Origin: Adineta vaga
Taxonomy: Eukaryota > Animalia > Rotifera
Direction: 5' to 3'
DNA: 64,000 nucleotides
NCBI GenBank assembly: GCA_021613535.1
Contig: CP075492.1
Coordinates: 13,268,001 to 13,332,000 of the forward strand
In this document: positions 38,325 through 50,638 of the stretch, one piece after another
Numbering within the stretch: position 1 is the first letter of the stretch
How the letters are laid out: each line of letters opens with the position of its first letter
Notes under the pieces: model-generated
What the model was told of the DNA's origin: nothing
What the model saw: only the letters and a program-made list of their open reading frames with translations
Database searches by the model: none
Translations under genes and position numbers: made by a program

Positions 38325-40437
38325 TTAAGATCGTCCTTGATTATTATTATCAAATGATGTTTGACTCATTGATAAATGAATATCATTAACATCTCGAACA
38401 GTTTTTATTCTCGTTAACATATGATCCATCGTTGAAGCAGATAATGGTTGTGATGAAAACCAAAGTGGTGATTCAGGTACACATGTTGCTTCTGGTAAAA
38501 GATAGAGAACATCTGAACGGCATTTAACACTTTCGGGACATTTCGTTAAATAGAATTCAAATAATTTCACTGGACAACGAAGTGGATCATCATAATTTTC
38601 AGCTTGTTCATAGATTAATTGTTGTTCTTCCATACCATGAATAGTTGTTGATGGTGGATAGTATCTAAACAATTAAACATAGACATTGAAAAGTAATCAT
38701 TAAGATCCAATTGGAAAGATTTCATCTGTAAGAACAATACAAAACCTCTCGAGTACAATATTTGAATTCACAATAGAACTATAAATGACAGTGGAACTAA
38801 CCTTAAATAGACCGATTTGCCATATTCTTCTCCATGTGGTCCAACATTTCTTTTATAATGTCGTCGTACATTTGAAAATGACAAAACTTGATGTTCACTA
38901 ACCGTTTTAAGAAAGAAATATTTTGTATTGAAATATAAAATTGTATTTAATAAAACCCATGGTGTATGTGCACCTAATTGTTTCGCTTCCCATAATAATT
39001 CTTCTTCAATACGTGATGGTCGATCGTCAATATTCGATGATGTTGCTCCACGCATTGACAATGGTCGTGATGGATCACGATGATGACAAAATCGAGCAAG
39101 TATAGAATGAAGTTTCAATTGAAATTGTTGAAATGTTGAATCAAAAAACAATGATTCTGTACGATAAAAATGTCCTTCATTTGAACGACGTGTTGATTGA
39201 GATGAGAGTGAACGATTTTCACGTAAATAATGTTGAATACCCAAACAGAGATAATAAATGGAATCTCCATCATATAAATCACGAATTTCTTTGAGAAATA
39301 AACAAAGTGCCGTATTTAATTCATCTGCACGATATAGCAATGGATCCGAACGATAGAGACGTTTTGATAGACGATTTTCTATATCATTTGATGAGGTATT
39401 TCGTGTACGTGTATATTCTATTTGATAAAAAAGTTTTGATTAACAATTTATAAGAATGAAATAATCGAAACTTACGTTGAAGTAATCGTTGTCTAAGTGG
39501 ACCATTTTTACCTTCAATCCATGCACGAAAAAGTTTTACACCAAAATGCCATTTAAGAATATATTTCGCATCTTCTTGTTTCATTAAATATTCGATTTTT
39601 TCTGCTGAATTTCCATTTGTTGCATTTAGATTCTGTTCTCCACCTGTCAAAGCCATAGTTGAAAGATCAAATTCTTCAAAATCGAATACTAATTTATTTA
39701 AAACATTGTCTCCTGTCGTTAATTCTTGTTCGACTTGATTTGGTTCATCCGATGGATGACTCACTAAATGCATTTCATCATTTTCAACTTCATCTAATAA
39801 TGAACTCTAAATAGAAGACAATGAAATTTTTAATTAAAATCAACATAGATATCATATTCATAAATACCTTTGGATTAAACTTTCCTAGACCAAGTAGATC
39901 ATCATTTGGAAAAAGTGATTGTGCATAGGCTAATAATTGTATATCTTCATCGTTCGTTGGTAAGACTTCTTTTAATTTTTGTAAATATGCTTCATAATCT
40001 TGAAATTTTTGATCATTAACAACAAAAAATAATGGCAATGGAACTGGTATTGGTATGGGTACAGGTACAGGACAATCTGTTGTACCTAAAGCTAATGGTA
40101 AAGGTGTTACTAATCCAACAGGTATGGGTAATAAACTAATAGGTGGTGTTTCATCATCTAATAATGTTTGTGTCGCACGATTAAATGTAATTGGTGCACA
40201 TGTGATTGCTTTTGAACGTGTGATTGGTTTACATAATGTCACTTTATGATTAACATAAGCACAGAGAGTTGTTGATGGTAGATTATTTAAACGTAATGCT
40301 TCACGTTTATCAGGTAGTGGATGTTGAATTGCTTGACTACTACTACGTGAAACAATAATTTCACCTTGATTTTCATTTTCTTGATCAATTGTTGAACTGT
40401 ATTCTGTAGATTTTTCTTCAGTCGTTTTATATAACAT
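38325..40437 (-). CDS. WOC/ZMYM2-3-4-like DUF3504 protein lacking MYM zinc fingers
   Basis: PVPVPIPIPVP segment, ELNTALCLFLKEIR, DSIYYLCLGIQHYL, RIEEELLWEAKQLGAHTPWVLLNTILYFNTKYF, EQAENYDDPLRCPVKLFEFYLTKCPESVK. Four exons join in frame. Confidence 0.85.
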
Positions 40438-40480
40438 CTGAAATATAAAAAAGAAAAAAACAAAAACAAAACATTCTGTT

Positions 40481-42275
40481 TTATTCTGTCTGTCGAACAG
40501 TTTTCTTTTCTCGATTTAATCGTATAATACAATTGATATAGTGAATCATTTCTCGTTCTTCTTTCCATGTCACTAATAAAACTCCTAAACCGAAAACAGA
40601 TCCGAAACTGAAATGAAGAAATGGATTATGAAACCATCGTTCACTGTAATAACAAATAAATGATGTAAAACATAGAAATAACAAATAATAGGAAGAAAAT
40701 TGAATTGGTTTTAACCATTGATTTCCATGAAAATATCGATAAATATGAAAAGAATTGGTTATTATACGTGCTGACATATTCAAACAATTCGCGATGATAA
40801 TTCCATGAATACCGAAAAGTTGTATTAAGAAATAGAATGCACTAAGATATATCATAGCAAATATGGCTATTCGATTTTTATATGTTTCTAATTCTTCAAT
40901 GGACATTGTTGCTTGAGAAAATGCTTCTGTAATGCCATTTATAGCAAGAAATAAGATGTAAATACAATAGAGACGAAGCAATGATGGACCTGGACCATCG
41001 GTTAAAGTTGAACCACCATATAGATTAAGAAAAAATCGAGAATATGGAATACCGAAAATAATGACTATGAATGATATAATTATCACACAACGAAGTAAAT
41101 AATTGTAAAATGTAAAAGCATTCTGTTTGATTGTTTGTTGTTCTGAAAAATAAGATTTCTTTTTGTCTTGTCAAATAGACTCCTATACAATTCTATACCT
41201 GTTGATGATGGTGGTGATGGTTCATTTGATTGTTCATCTTTTCTTGGATGTATTAACATTTGATCATCTTGTAGGTGTTGATCATTAGTTGTTTTTGTTC
41301 TCGATAATGTTTGTTGAAAATATGAATAAGCACTTTCTTCTAATGTTGAAAAGATTAATCGTGGTAGAAGTGATCCTAAATTATTTATAATATCAAATAT
41401 TCCTTGATCTTTATATGAAACCAAATTGAATAATGACATGATATATCGTTCACCTTCAGTTAAAATTTTCATCCATACACCTTGTTTGAAAAATGTTTTC
41501 GTTTCACTTGATACTCTTGGATCAACATATGGTGATATTGGTTTGATCATTAAATATTTCAATGATTTAATTAGAAATAAACGTTTACGATCAATTCCTG
41601 AACGAGTTAAGAAAAATAAATAATAACTCGATGTAATCAATGATGTGTATATTATATAGCCGATACCATAGTAATAAAGTGCCGATTGAGGATTTGCATA
41701 GACTAAATATGCTTGAATAGTAAATCCTACGAAGAAAAATATACGTCAAATATGAAATGATCGAACGAACGATAAAATTTACCTAAAGTTGATGCAAACA
41801 TTTCAATATAAATATTAACATGATAATTGAGTGTAACAGTAGCTAGTAAATATAATGGTTCCGATAATAATTCAATGAATGCTGCTAGAGCATAGTAAAA
41901 ACATGCTTGATAATAATATGGATATTTTTCTGCATTATCTGTTCGAAAAAATAATGTTAATGGTAACCAAATTGATATAATGAGTAGTCCAGCAGGAAGA
42001 ACTGCCCATACTAAATTAATATAATGTTGAATTGAACGTATATTATTCAATTTTGGTACTGTTCGACGGAATGCTTCACGTGATAGAAATAATATTGTTG
42101 TATAGAGTAATTGTAGACGAACATTTGCAATTCCAAGTATATTTCCATCGATTTGTCGAAGAATAAGAGCATTAAGAAAAAAATGTAGAAAACGAAATAA
42201 AAGTTTACAGATTAGATTCAGTATTGTACGAGTACCAATGGCTGATAGAACGGTATTTTCATGCGTTGATGACAT
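40481..42275 (-). CDS. RFT1: RFT1 (Man5GlcNAc2-PP-dolichol translocation protein)
   Basis: VRLQLLYTTILFLSREAFRR, IELLSEPLY, KILTEGER, QGIFDIINNLGSLLPRLIFSTLEESAY, YILFLAINGITEAF, ANCLNMSARI. Confidence 0.92.
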
Positions 42276-42817
42276 TTTTTTTGTTTATTGAAAAGAATGA
42301 AGTTCATCTGCGTTTTCTTCAAGCCATTGTTCCAAGTGAATTCAAAATTTATTGGTTTATCTATACCAATGAAAAGTTAACTTGTCATTCAAGTGATCAA
42401 ACAGTTTCAAGAGAAAAATTTTATTGAGAAATTTTCTTAAATAATTTTTTTGGATTATTTTAATGAAAGAGAAATTATTATAAGTTTATAATAAAGATAA
42501 AATCTAGTAGCGACATCTTTTTCATGTTGATAAAATATTCATATTATATTGAAAATAATCTTTAAAAGAAAAGAAAATATTTCTAAAGTAATTTAATACT
42601 GATTTTAAGAAATTTCTGAAATACATTTTCGATTGAGAAATCATTGGTGGAAATGAATTGGAGTACAAGAAGAGTCAGTCATCTTATTTGCTTCATATGT
42701 TGTTTTCTGAAGATATTCATCATTTCGTTGAACAATACACGAAAAATGCAATCGTTTATTTTGTTTTATTTCTAGATTCTTAACTTCCTCTACGGGTTAT
42801 TTATCTAAACAACAAAC
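42276..42817. promoter_or_regulatory. Candidate bidirectional promoter between RFT1 and RPS14
   Basis: Head-to-head ATGs about 540 bp apart; TAGCGACATCT at 42508-42518. Confidence 0.45.
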
Positions 42818-43386
<569 letters not shown>

Positions 43387-43565
43387 AAGTCATCGGAAAT
43401 CCTACACACAATGGAACAATATTCTTTGGAATATTTTGTGTGTTTACTATTGTTTGGATTTTTTATGATAATAAAATAAAAACATCAACGAGACAGAAAT
43501 AAGAAACAAGAGAAAAATTTTCTTCTTCATTAATTTTTCTTACGGTAGGTTTATTTCATTTCTAG

Positions 43566-44572
43566 ATGTCTGTTCATGGACAAGTGAAAGTTCGAACATC
43601 GGCTGAACAAAAAGCTGCACGAGAACGAGAACGAGCCGAAAAATTGCAATTCTATTTAGGAGAATATGAAAAGATTTTAAATAATCGACAAACAAATGAT
43701 TCATTGGATCTTTTAAAATCAACGGAAACGATTCTTAGTGAACATCCTGATTGTTTTACACTTTGGAATATTCGAAGAGAAGCAATTTTGAAAATAGATA
43801 ATGATAAACAAAAGGATTATTTTGAAAAAGAATTACATGTTACACAGAAATGTTTACAATCAAATCCGAAATCATATTCTTGTTGGTTTCAAAGACAATG
43901 GTGTTTAAAACAATTAAAAGAAAGATTTCAAGTAGATCTCTATCAGAATGAATTACAACTATGTAAAAAATATCTAGGTATTCTTTTGTAAAGTAAATCA
44001 TTTGAATTCTTCTTCTTCTTCTACATTTTAAAGAACATGATGAACGAAATTTTCATTGTTGGGCATATCGATATTATCTTCTTGAACGTGTCTGTCCTTC
44101 AACATCATCATCATCATCGTCTGATTTAGAATCATTTTATGATAAGGAATTAGACTTTCTTCGTTCAATTATTGGCATTAATCTTTCAAATTATTCCGCT
44201 TGGCATTATCGTTCGAAATATCTCGATAAACTTCTCGAGCATAATCCATCTCGTCGTTTATCCCTTCTAGCAATCGAATGGCAATTAGTATTAAGTGCCG
44301 TATATACTGATTGTTCGGATCAAGCTGCCTGGTTTTATCTTCGTTGGTTATTATTCAAACAATTGGGTAATGAAGCAATAAGCGAAGATGAACATATCAA
44401 ACCTTTAGAAGAATTAGATGAAATTGATCCAAACAATAAATGGTGTATGTTAGCATTATGTCAATTATGGAAGGAAAAAAAGATGAAAGAAGAGAAGAGA
44501 AAAACTTATTTAGAACAATTAGCAAATGAAATTGATCGTGATCGCGCAGAATTTTATCGAGAACAAATTTAA
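43566..44572 (+). CDS. RABGGTA: Rab geranylgeranyltransferase alpha subunit
   Basis: HGQVKVRTSAEQ N-terminus; PFTA repeats HPDCFTLWNIRR, NPKSYSCWFQRQW, DERNFHCWAYR, NLSNYSAWHYRS, DQAAWFYLRWL. Confidence 0.9.
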
Positions 44573-44830
44573 TTTGTATTTTATTTATTTAATTCGGATT
44601 TGTTTTGAAAAAAAAACAGTACGGTGATTCTTGCACAATTTGTTTTCTTTTATATGGTTACAATAAACAGTTAAAGAGTTTCTTTTTCGATGATAAATAA
44701 ACAAGACTTTATTCTGAATAAGTCTTTCTTTTTTTAACATAGAATCTGATATAAATACATATATTCTTCTTCATTCAATTGTATACAGTTGATGTTCATA
44801 CGAAATTTCATGATATCTATGATATTTTAG

Positions 44831-45450
44831 ATGGCGAGTACAGGTAATGTTGTAAAAACCACTCATTCAACAAATGATGATTTCTTCTTATGTCGTGCTT
44901 TTGCAAAAGCAATTTCGTCTGATAAACTTCGTCAACTTATCGATCAACAACCAACACCGTCCATTGAACTAAAGTAAAACAAATAAGTTTCATTCTATAT
45001 CGAAATTTATTTTGTAGTGTACCATCAATTGAGCCAATTGAAATGACAAATGATTCTCCATTACCAACTGAAAATATTCAATGGAAACTCGGTGATTTAT
45101 GTTTATGTCCGTATAGTGAAGATGGTCTTTTGTATAAAGCAACAATTATAACAATTGAGTCTTCATCCTGTACGGTTTCTTTTGATGATTATGGAAATGA
45201 AGAAATTCATGCATTAACTGATATTCAAGTACGAACAGATGATGAACAACCGGAAATATTATCACCCATGGAACAACAAGATACAACAACAGACATTCCA
45301 CTGGCAACACCACTACCACCACCACCTCCTCCTCCTCTATTTCCAGTTTTAAGTTCTAATGAAGACAATGATACTTTATCGGCTACATTAATGTCATGGT
45401 ATCTAGCCGGTTATCATACAGGGTTTTATCAGGGGATGAAATCTACATAA
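44831..45450 (+). CDS. SMN: Survival motor neuron protein (Gemin2-binding helix, Tudor, poly-Pro, YG box)
   Basis: DDFFLCRAFAKAI; WKLGDLCLCPYSEDGLLYKATI...FDDYGNEE; poly-Pro; LMSWYLAGYHTGFYQG. Confidence 0.88.
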
Positions 45451-46006
45451 TTTTGTTTTTCTTTTGAATAAATGATTTTTCGTGTACTGGTATAGTTAAA
45501 CCAGAGAAAAAAGATATGTTTTCAACAACATTTCGATTACGATATGATTCAAATATCTCTTTTTTAGTAAAAGACTTTTGGATATATGTCATCATAAGTA
45601 CATCAAATAATCATGTACATCATTTTACCTTTTGCGTATATTTCTTTCTTTTTCAAAAATAAATAAATAACTATATTGCATTCATCATCATCGAAAGAAA
45701 ATATACAATCGGAATTAGACAAATAAAATTTGAATAATAAGCAATACTATTCGTTACAATGACAACGTATATTTAGTGAAAACATCATCAATGATGAGTA
45801 TCGATGATTACGGTTATACTTTTTAACCGGGCGTATATAATAATGACGAATGTATTTTGATCATTCTCCCTACATATCGAATAAAACAAAAGAGATGAGA
45901 TACAATAGTAAAATATTACCACATAGTACACGTGAATATTTCAAAACGAGTTTTATTTCGTACTAATAATCATTTGATTTATTCAAAAATTGACGTGAAT
46001 TTAAGT

Positions 46007-48055
46007 ATGACATGCAACAAAGTAAGTGATGATATTGAAGAAGAAGTCAAAGATAAACATGGTGATTATAAAGTTAACGCACCAAATCCAGTGAATAGTG
46101 ATCCTCAATTTATGGGTGATTATCCTGAACCGAAACCAACCACATCAAAGATTCCCGACTTACCTCCATCGACTGAAGCACCGACGGAATCACCTGCCCT
46201 CAACCGGCCTCCTAAACCTCCTGGACCTGCGTTAGGTCCTTATTTTAATTTTATTACGACAGATTTAGACAAAATGTTATGGATGGGTAGTGCATTGATC
46301 TTTCGACAAATATCTTTTGATCGACCACATATTGAATTTATCTGTGATGTAAATGTTGACTATGATTGGGAAATTTTATATGAAAATCTTTTCGATATGT
46401 GTGCTTATCGTATAAATATGTCCATTGAATTACGTTCTGGTGAAGGTAACGAACGTATCAATTGGAAGGTTGATTGGGGTGATAAACAAACAAATGGTTC
46501 ATTTCATGTCGCTCGTCTTGATGGAAAATGGCGTGGAGGATTTTTTTCATGTAATGGATTTGATGCCACTGTATCGGAACAAACCGCATCAAATTTAACG
46601 TACTCAGATGTTTGGGATCATTTACTTTCTATTCATGACGAAGATCCATTAAATCTATTAATATGGGGTGGAGATCAGAATTATATTGATTTTATATTTG
46701 AAGATGTTCCATATCTTCGTGCATGGACTAATATGGAATGGAATGAAAAATGGACAACTGATTTTCGAGATGATGTCAAAGAACAAGTTGAACAATATCA
46801 TTTTTATACTTATGCAGAAAATTGGCAACGTCGATCAGAAGTCAGACGAGCTTTAACATCAATTCCTAGTATTATGATGTGGGATGATCATGATATTTTC
46901 GATGGTGCTGGATCTTATCCACCGTTATTACATGATAGTCCAGTCATGATGGGAATGTTTTTAGCAGCACAAAAGATGCGATTATTATTTCAACATCATA
47001 CAACATTTGATAAAGCTCGACAGCATCAATTATTTGGACATCAAGGACATAATTTTTTTGCACGTTGTGGTCGTAATCTAGCAATTCTTGGAGTTGATGG
47101 ACGAACAGAGCGAAATACAGAAATAATTCATCACGAAGAAACTTGGAACTTGATTTTTAATAAACTTGAAAACAATCTCGATGGTATTGAACATTTAATT
47201 GTCATCTTTCCTGTTCCATTTTCGTTTATACGTGTTCGTATTGCTGAAACAATTTTTGAACATATGAAAAATCTTCCAAATAAATGGAGAAAATTATCAC
47301 CGATAAAACGGACAAATTCAATTTTTGGTTTACCTGAATTGTATGACGATCTTCTTGATGAATGGGTTCATGAGAATCATATTGAAGAACGAAATAATAC
47401 TCTTCGTCGTTTTCAACAATTAGCAGAGGAGAAAAGAGTTCGAATAACTTATCTCAGTGGTGATGTTCATTGTTGTGGTGTTAGTCGATTTCAAACGAGA
47501 GGATCTCTTCGATCACCACCTATTAATGATGCTAAATTGATGTATCAAATCATTTCATCAGCGATCGTTAATATACCACCATCAAAAACGGCTATTCGTG
47601 TTGCACATCTATTTAAAACAAAATGGAATCCAGTTCCGGATACGATTGAAGAAATACTTGATTTTTTTGAACGACGAGCTGAAGATGGTAAAAAGGCATT
47701 CCATAAAAAGTTTCGTCCAAATCGAAATTGGTGTCTTTTGGAAGAATGTTCAAATGTAGCATCAACAACAATGACTGTTATGAAGAAAAAACGACTTCGT
47801 GTCTTACATCACAAAGACCAACTGATCGCACCAGCTGAATTAGGTCCAACTTCGAATAAAAAAGGTGAAGGTGATCAAGAACCTCCCATTCATTCTCATT
47901 CTCAAAAAGGATCATGTCGTGAAAGAATTCAAGTAGATCAACAATATATCGGAACTTATGATTTAAAAATTCGATTTTGGTTAGAAAGCACACAAAAACA
48001 TGAGGAAGGAAGACAGTTTGTTAGTTATGATTTATTGATTCCAGATCTAAAATAA
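46007..48055 (+). CDS. PhoD-like metallophosphatase (fungal/protist PhoD_2 type), intronless
   Basis: FFSCNGF, WGGDQNYID, WDDHDIFDGAGSYP, DGRTER, YDDLLDEW, LSGDVH, QIISSAIVN. First ATG at 46007. Confidence 0.8.
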   Translation: MTCNKVSDDIEEEVKDKHGDYKVNAPNPVNSDPQFMGDYPEPKPTTSKIPDLPPSTEAPTESPALNRPPKPPGPALGPYFNFITTDLDKMLWMGSALIFRQISFDRPHIEFICDVNVDYDWEILYENLFDMCAYRINMSIELRSGEGNERINWKVDWGDKQTNGSFHVARLDGKWRGGFFSCNGFDATVSEQTASNLTYSDVWDHLLSIHDEDPLNLLIWGGDQNYIDFIFEDVPYLRAWTNMEWNEKWTTDFRDDVKEQVEQYHFYTYAENWQRRSEVRRALTSIPSIMMWDDHDIFDGAGSYPPLLHDSPVMMGMFLAAQKMRLLFQHHTTFDKARQHQLFGHQGHNFFARCGRNLAILGVDGRTERNTEIIHHEETWNLIFNKLENNLDGIEHLIVIFPVPFSFIRVRIAETIFEHMKNLPNKWRKLSPIKRTNSIFGLPELYDDLLDEWVHENHIEERNNTLRRFQQLAEEKRVRITYLSGDVHCCGVSRFQTRGSLRSPPINDAKLMYQIISSAIVNIPPSKTAIRVAHLFKTKWNPVPDTIEEILDFFERRAEDGKKAFHKKFRPNRNWCLLEECSNVASTTMTVMKKKRLRVLHHKDQLIAPAELGPTSNKKGEGDQEPPIHSHSQKGSCRERIQVDQQYIGTYDLKIRFWLESTQKHEEGRQFVSYDLLIPDLK

Positions 48056-48234
48056 ATTTTTTATGCAAAAATCTTCTAACAATTCAAACTTTTATATAGA
48101 TTTGCTATACTTTTTTTTCGTGTTTAGTGATAACTAGCGAACCCTTTATTCAACTCATTGTATGTCTGTTACAAGATCCATATTATATCAGTGATTATAA
48201 ATCGAATGAATAATATCATTGAAAGAAAAACAAA

Positions 48235-49423
48235 ATGCCTCGAAATATTGAAATCAAAGCACGCATCGATGGTGATCTGAATGATCTAATTAACCGAATT
48301 CAACCATTGGCTGATGGTCCTCCACGTCACCTTACTCAAAGTGACACATTCTTTAATTGTCCAACTGGTGGTAGACTTAAATTACGAATTGAACAAGTAG
48401 AATTTTAGTTGAAAAGTCATCGTTAAAACGTTTCTCGCTTTCCATAGGATTCTCCTGCTCAGTTAATTTACTATGAGCGAAATGATGTTGCATCATTATC
48501 AGTTCCTAAACTTTCCAACTATTCGATTGCACCTATTTCTCATCCGAGTGAATTAAAGGTGAGCTAATTAAGTTCTATTTTAGATAATGACTCGTTCAAC
48601 ATGTTTTCAATGGGGATTTTATGATCCTCAAATGTCCGGCTCAATTGATGGAACTGATTTAGTTCCACATGATCGAGCAATAACTCGTGCTTACCAATCA
48701 AAATATCAACCTCCACATCAATCTTCATCATCTATCTTCGTTGGACATATTCCACCAACATGTACTGAAGATGATTTAACTCAAATATTTCCTTCAGCAA
48801 CTCGAATTGAGCTTATTCGTGATATTGTAACACGAGAATCAAAAGGTTACGCATTTCTTGATGGAAAAATTGACCGAAAAAAACAATATAAATTCAATGG
48901 CCATTTATTATTAATTGAAGATGTTGCTTCCAAAAAACTTGTTGGTTGGAAACCAAGACGATGTGGAGGTGGTTTAGGAGGAAAAAAAGAATCGGGACAA
49001 TTAAGGTTTGGAGGAAGTCAAAGACCATTCAAACAACCATATCATCTTAATGAAGAAGTTAAACAACGATGGAAATATTTAGAAAAACAACGAGATCGTA
49101 ATAAATAAGATCTCTGTATGATTCTTTTTCTATTCGTTTAGAATGTTTTAACAATGGCATTGGGTGGAATTCGTGGACAAATTGATAAAGATCGAACATT
49201 ACTTTTAACCGGTCATGGACAAACACGAATACATCTTGATCAAGTGAAAGGTTTAGAATCAACGATTTTCATTGAACTTGAAGTTGTCTTACGAGATGAT
49301 CAAACAGTTGAAGAAGGACAAATTATTGCCAAAGATTTATGTCAGAAAATTGGAATTGAAGAGAAAAATCATATCAAATGTGCTTATATTGATCTATTAT
49401 TAGAAGAACAAAATAAACAATAA
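48235..49423 (+). CDS. CYTH-domain protein (class IV adenylate cyclase-like); exons 48235-48396, 48448-48558, 49142-49423
   Basis: MPRNIEIKAR (ExK), QSDTFF, GRLKLR, LIYYER, KDRTL, TRIHLDQVKGL, FIELEVVL, AYIDLL. Phase-0 join gives ELK|NVLTMALG. Confidence 0.9.
48587..49108 (+). CDS. SNRNP35: U11/U12 snRNP 35 kDa protein, nested in CYTH intron 2
   Basis: YDPQMSGSIDGTDLVPHDRAI, RRM-like IFVGHI and RDIVTRESKGYAFL, GWKPRRCGGGLGGKKESGQLRFGG.QRPFKQP. Confidence 0.9.
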   Translation: MTRSTCFQWGFYDPQMSGSIDGTDLVPHDRAITRAYQSKYQPPHQSSSSIFVGHIPPTCTEDDLTQIFPSATRIELIRDIVTRESKGYAFLDGKIDRKKQYKFNGHLLLIEDVASKKLVGWKPRRCGGGLGGKKESGQLRFGGSQRPFKQPYHLNEEVKQRWKYLEKQRDRNK

Positions 49424-49607
49424 CAGATACGCTCTAACTATTTCTATTGTATTCAAATAAAAGTATTTTTTATCACTAAAAAAAAGATCAATACATCTGC
49501 GTGGTGTAACTTTACTAGATGAACGATTTGGTCATGTAAATCGATAAAATGAACTGATTGTATAAACGACTAGGTGTAATATTTATTCGATTCAAGAATT
49601 AAAACAA

Positions 49608-50638
49608 TTAAACCGATTTATTTCTTTCTGCCCATATACGATTTACATACTTATCAATTTGTTTCGTCGTCGGTAATCTACCCATGGTAGTTAATATATT
49701 CACAAAATATTCAATTTTAATCTCTTGTTTTTCTAATGTCTGTTCTGTATGAAGTTTTTCTTCTTCTAAAATAACTTTTGCTTCTTGAATTTTTCTAATT
49801 AGTAAGCGATTTTTCAATGTTATCGAATGTGCAACAGCATGAATTGCTCGAACAATTTTCCATAAACGTAAAATAACAATTGCAGCCGCTGCACGTCCAG
49901 CTCTACCGATATTTCCATAATGAAAATATAATTCCATAATAAAAGATGCACATACAATTAGACCATCAAGTAAATACAATGGATTTTTAAAGTATTTCCA
50001 ACCAAATGCATAGAACGATATGAAAACTTCGAGAACAAATAAACTTAATAATAAAACAGAAAAATAGAACAGAAATAGATCAGCACGAACTAAACTCGGC
50101 GAATGTTCAAGTAAACATGAATCACGTTGTTCAGTTGTGTTGTACTGTTCCATTTCGTCATCAGTTAAACATGGTGAAGATAATTGTGCTAAGAAAAAAA
50201 GTATAGAAGATAAAGAAAACTATTCATCATTTATCACTTACCGAGAACTAAATCGATGAGAACAATAATAAGATCTGTAACAACTAATAAAATAATGATA
50301 TAATGAAATGGTGGCTGTTGAAGATGATGTAGTAAACGTCGACGAAATAATCGTAAAGGATTCCATGAAGTTGTTGCCGTTAATTGTTCATCTTTAGAAG
50401 CGACTTCTTGTTCAATAATAGCAATTGATTTAAGTTCATTGATAATATTATCTAATTTTATTTCTCCTTGTGATGTTCGAGGTAAAATACGACGATTGAT
50501 TGCTTTCAATTTAGCCCATTTACTTGCTTTTATAGATGTAATTTCATTTTCATCCGTGCTAAGTACATCTTCGACATGTACCGATGGATTAACAAGTGAT
50601 GTTGGAGTAATGTAAATATCCGGTTCGTCAAGTATCAT
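49608..50638 (-). CDS. HVCN1: Voltage-gated proton channel (Hv1-like voltage-sensor-only protein)
   Basis: S1 LLVVTDLIIVLIDLVL, S2 LSLFVLEV, S3 LLDGLIV, S4 ILRLWKIVRAIH, C-terminal coiled coil, no pore domain. One intron at about 50190-50241. Confidence 0.8.

Noticed and set aside
45932-46006. GTG-initiated N-terminal extension of the PhoD ORF
   Set aside because: Eukaryotic context; the first ATG at 46007 is preferred.
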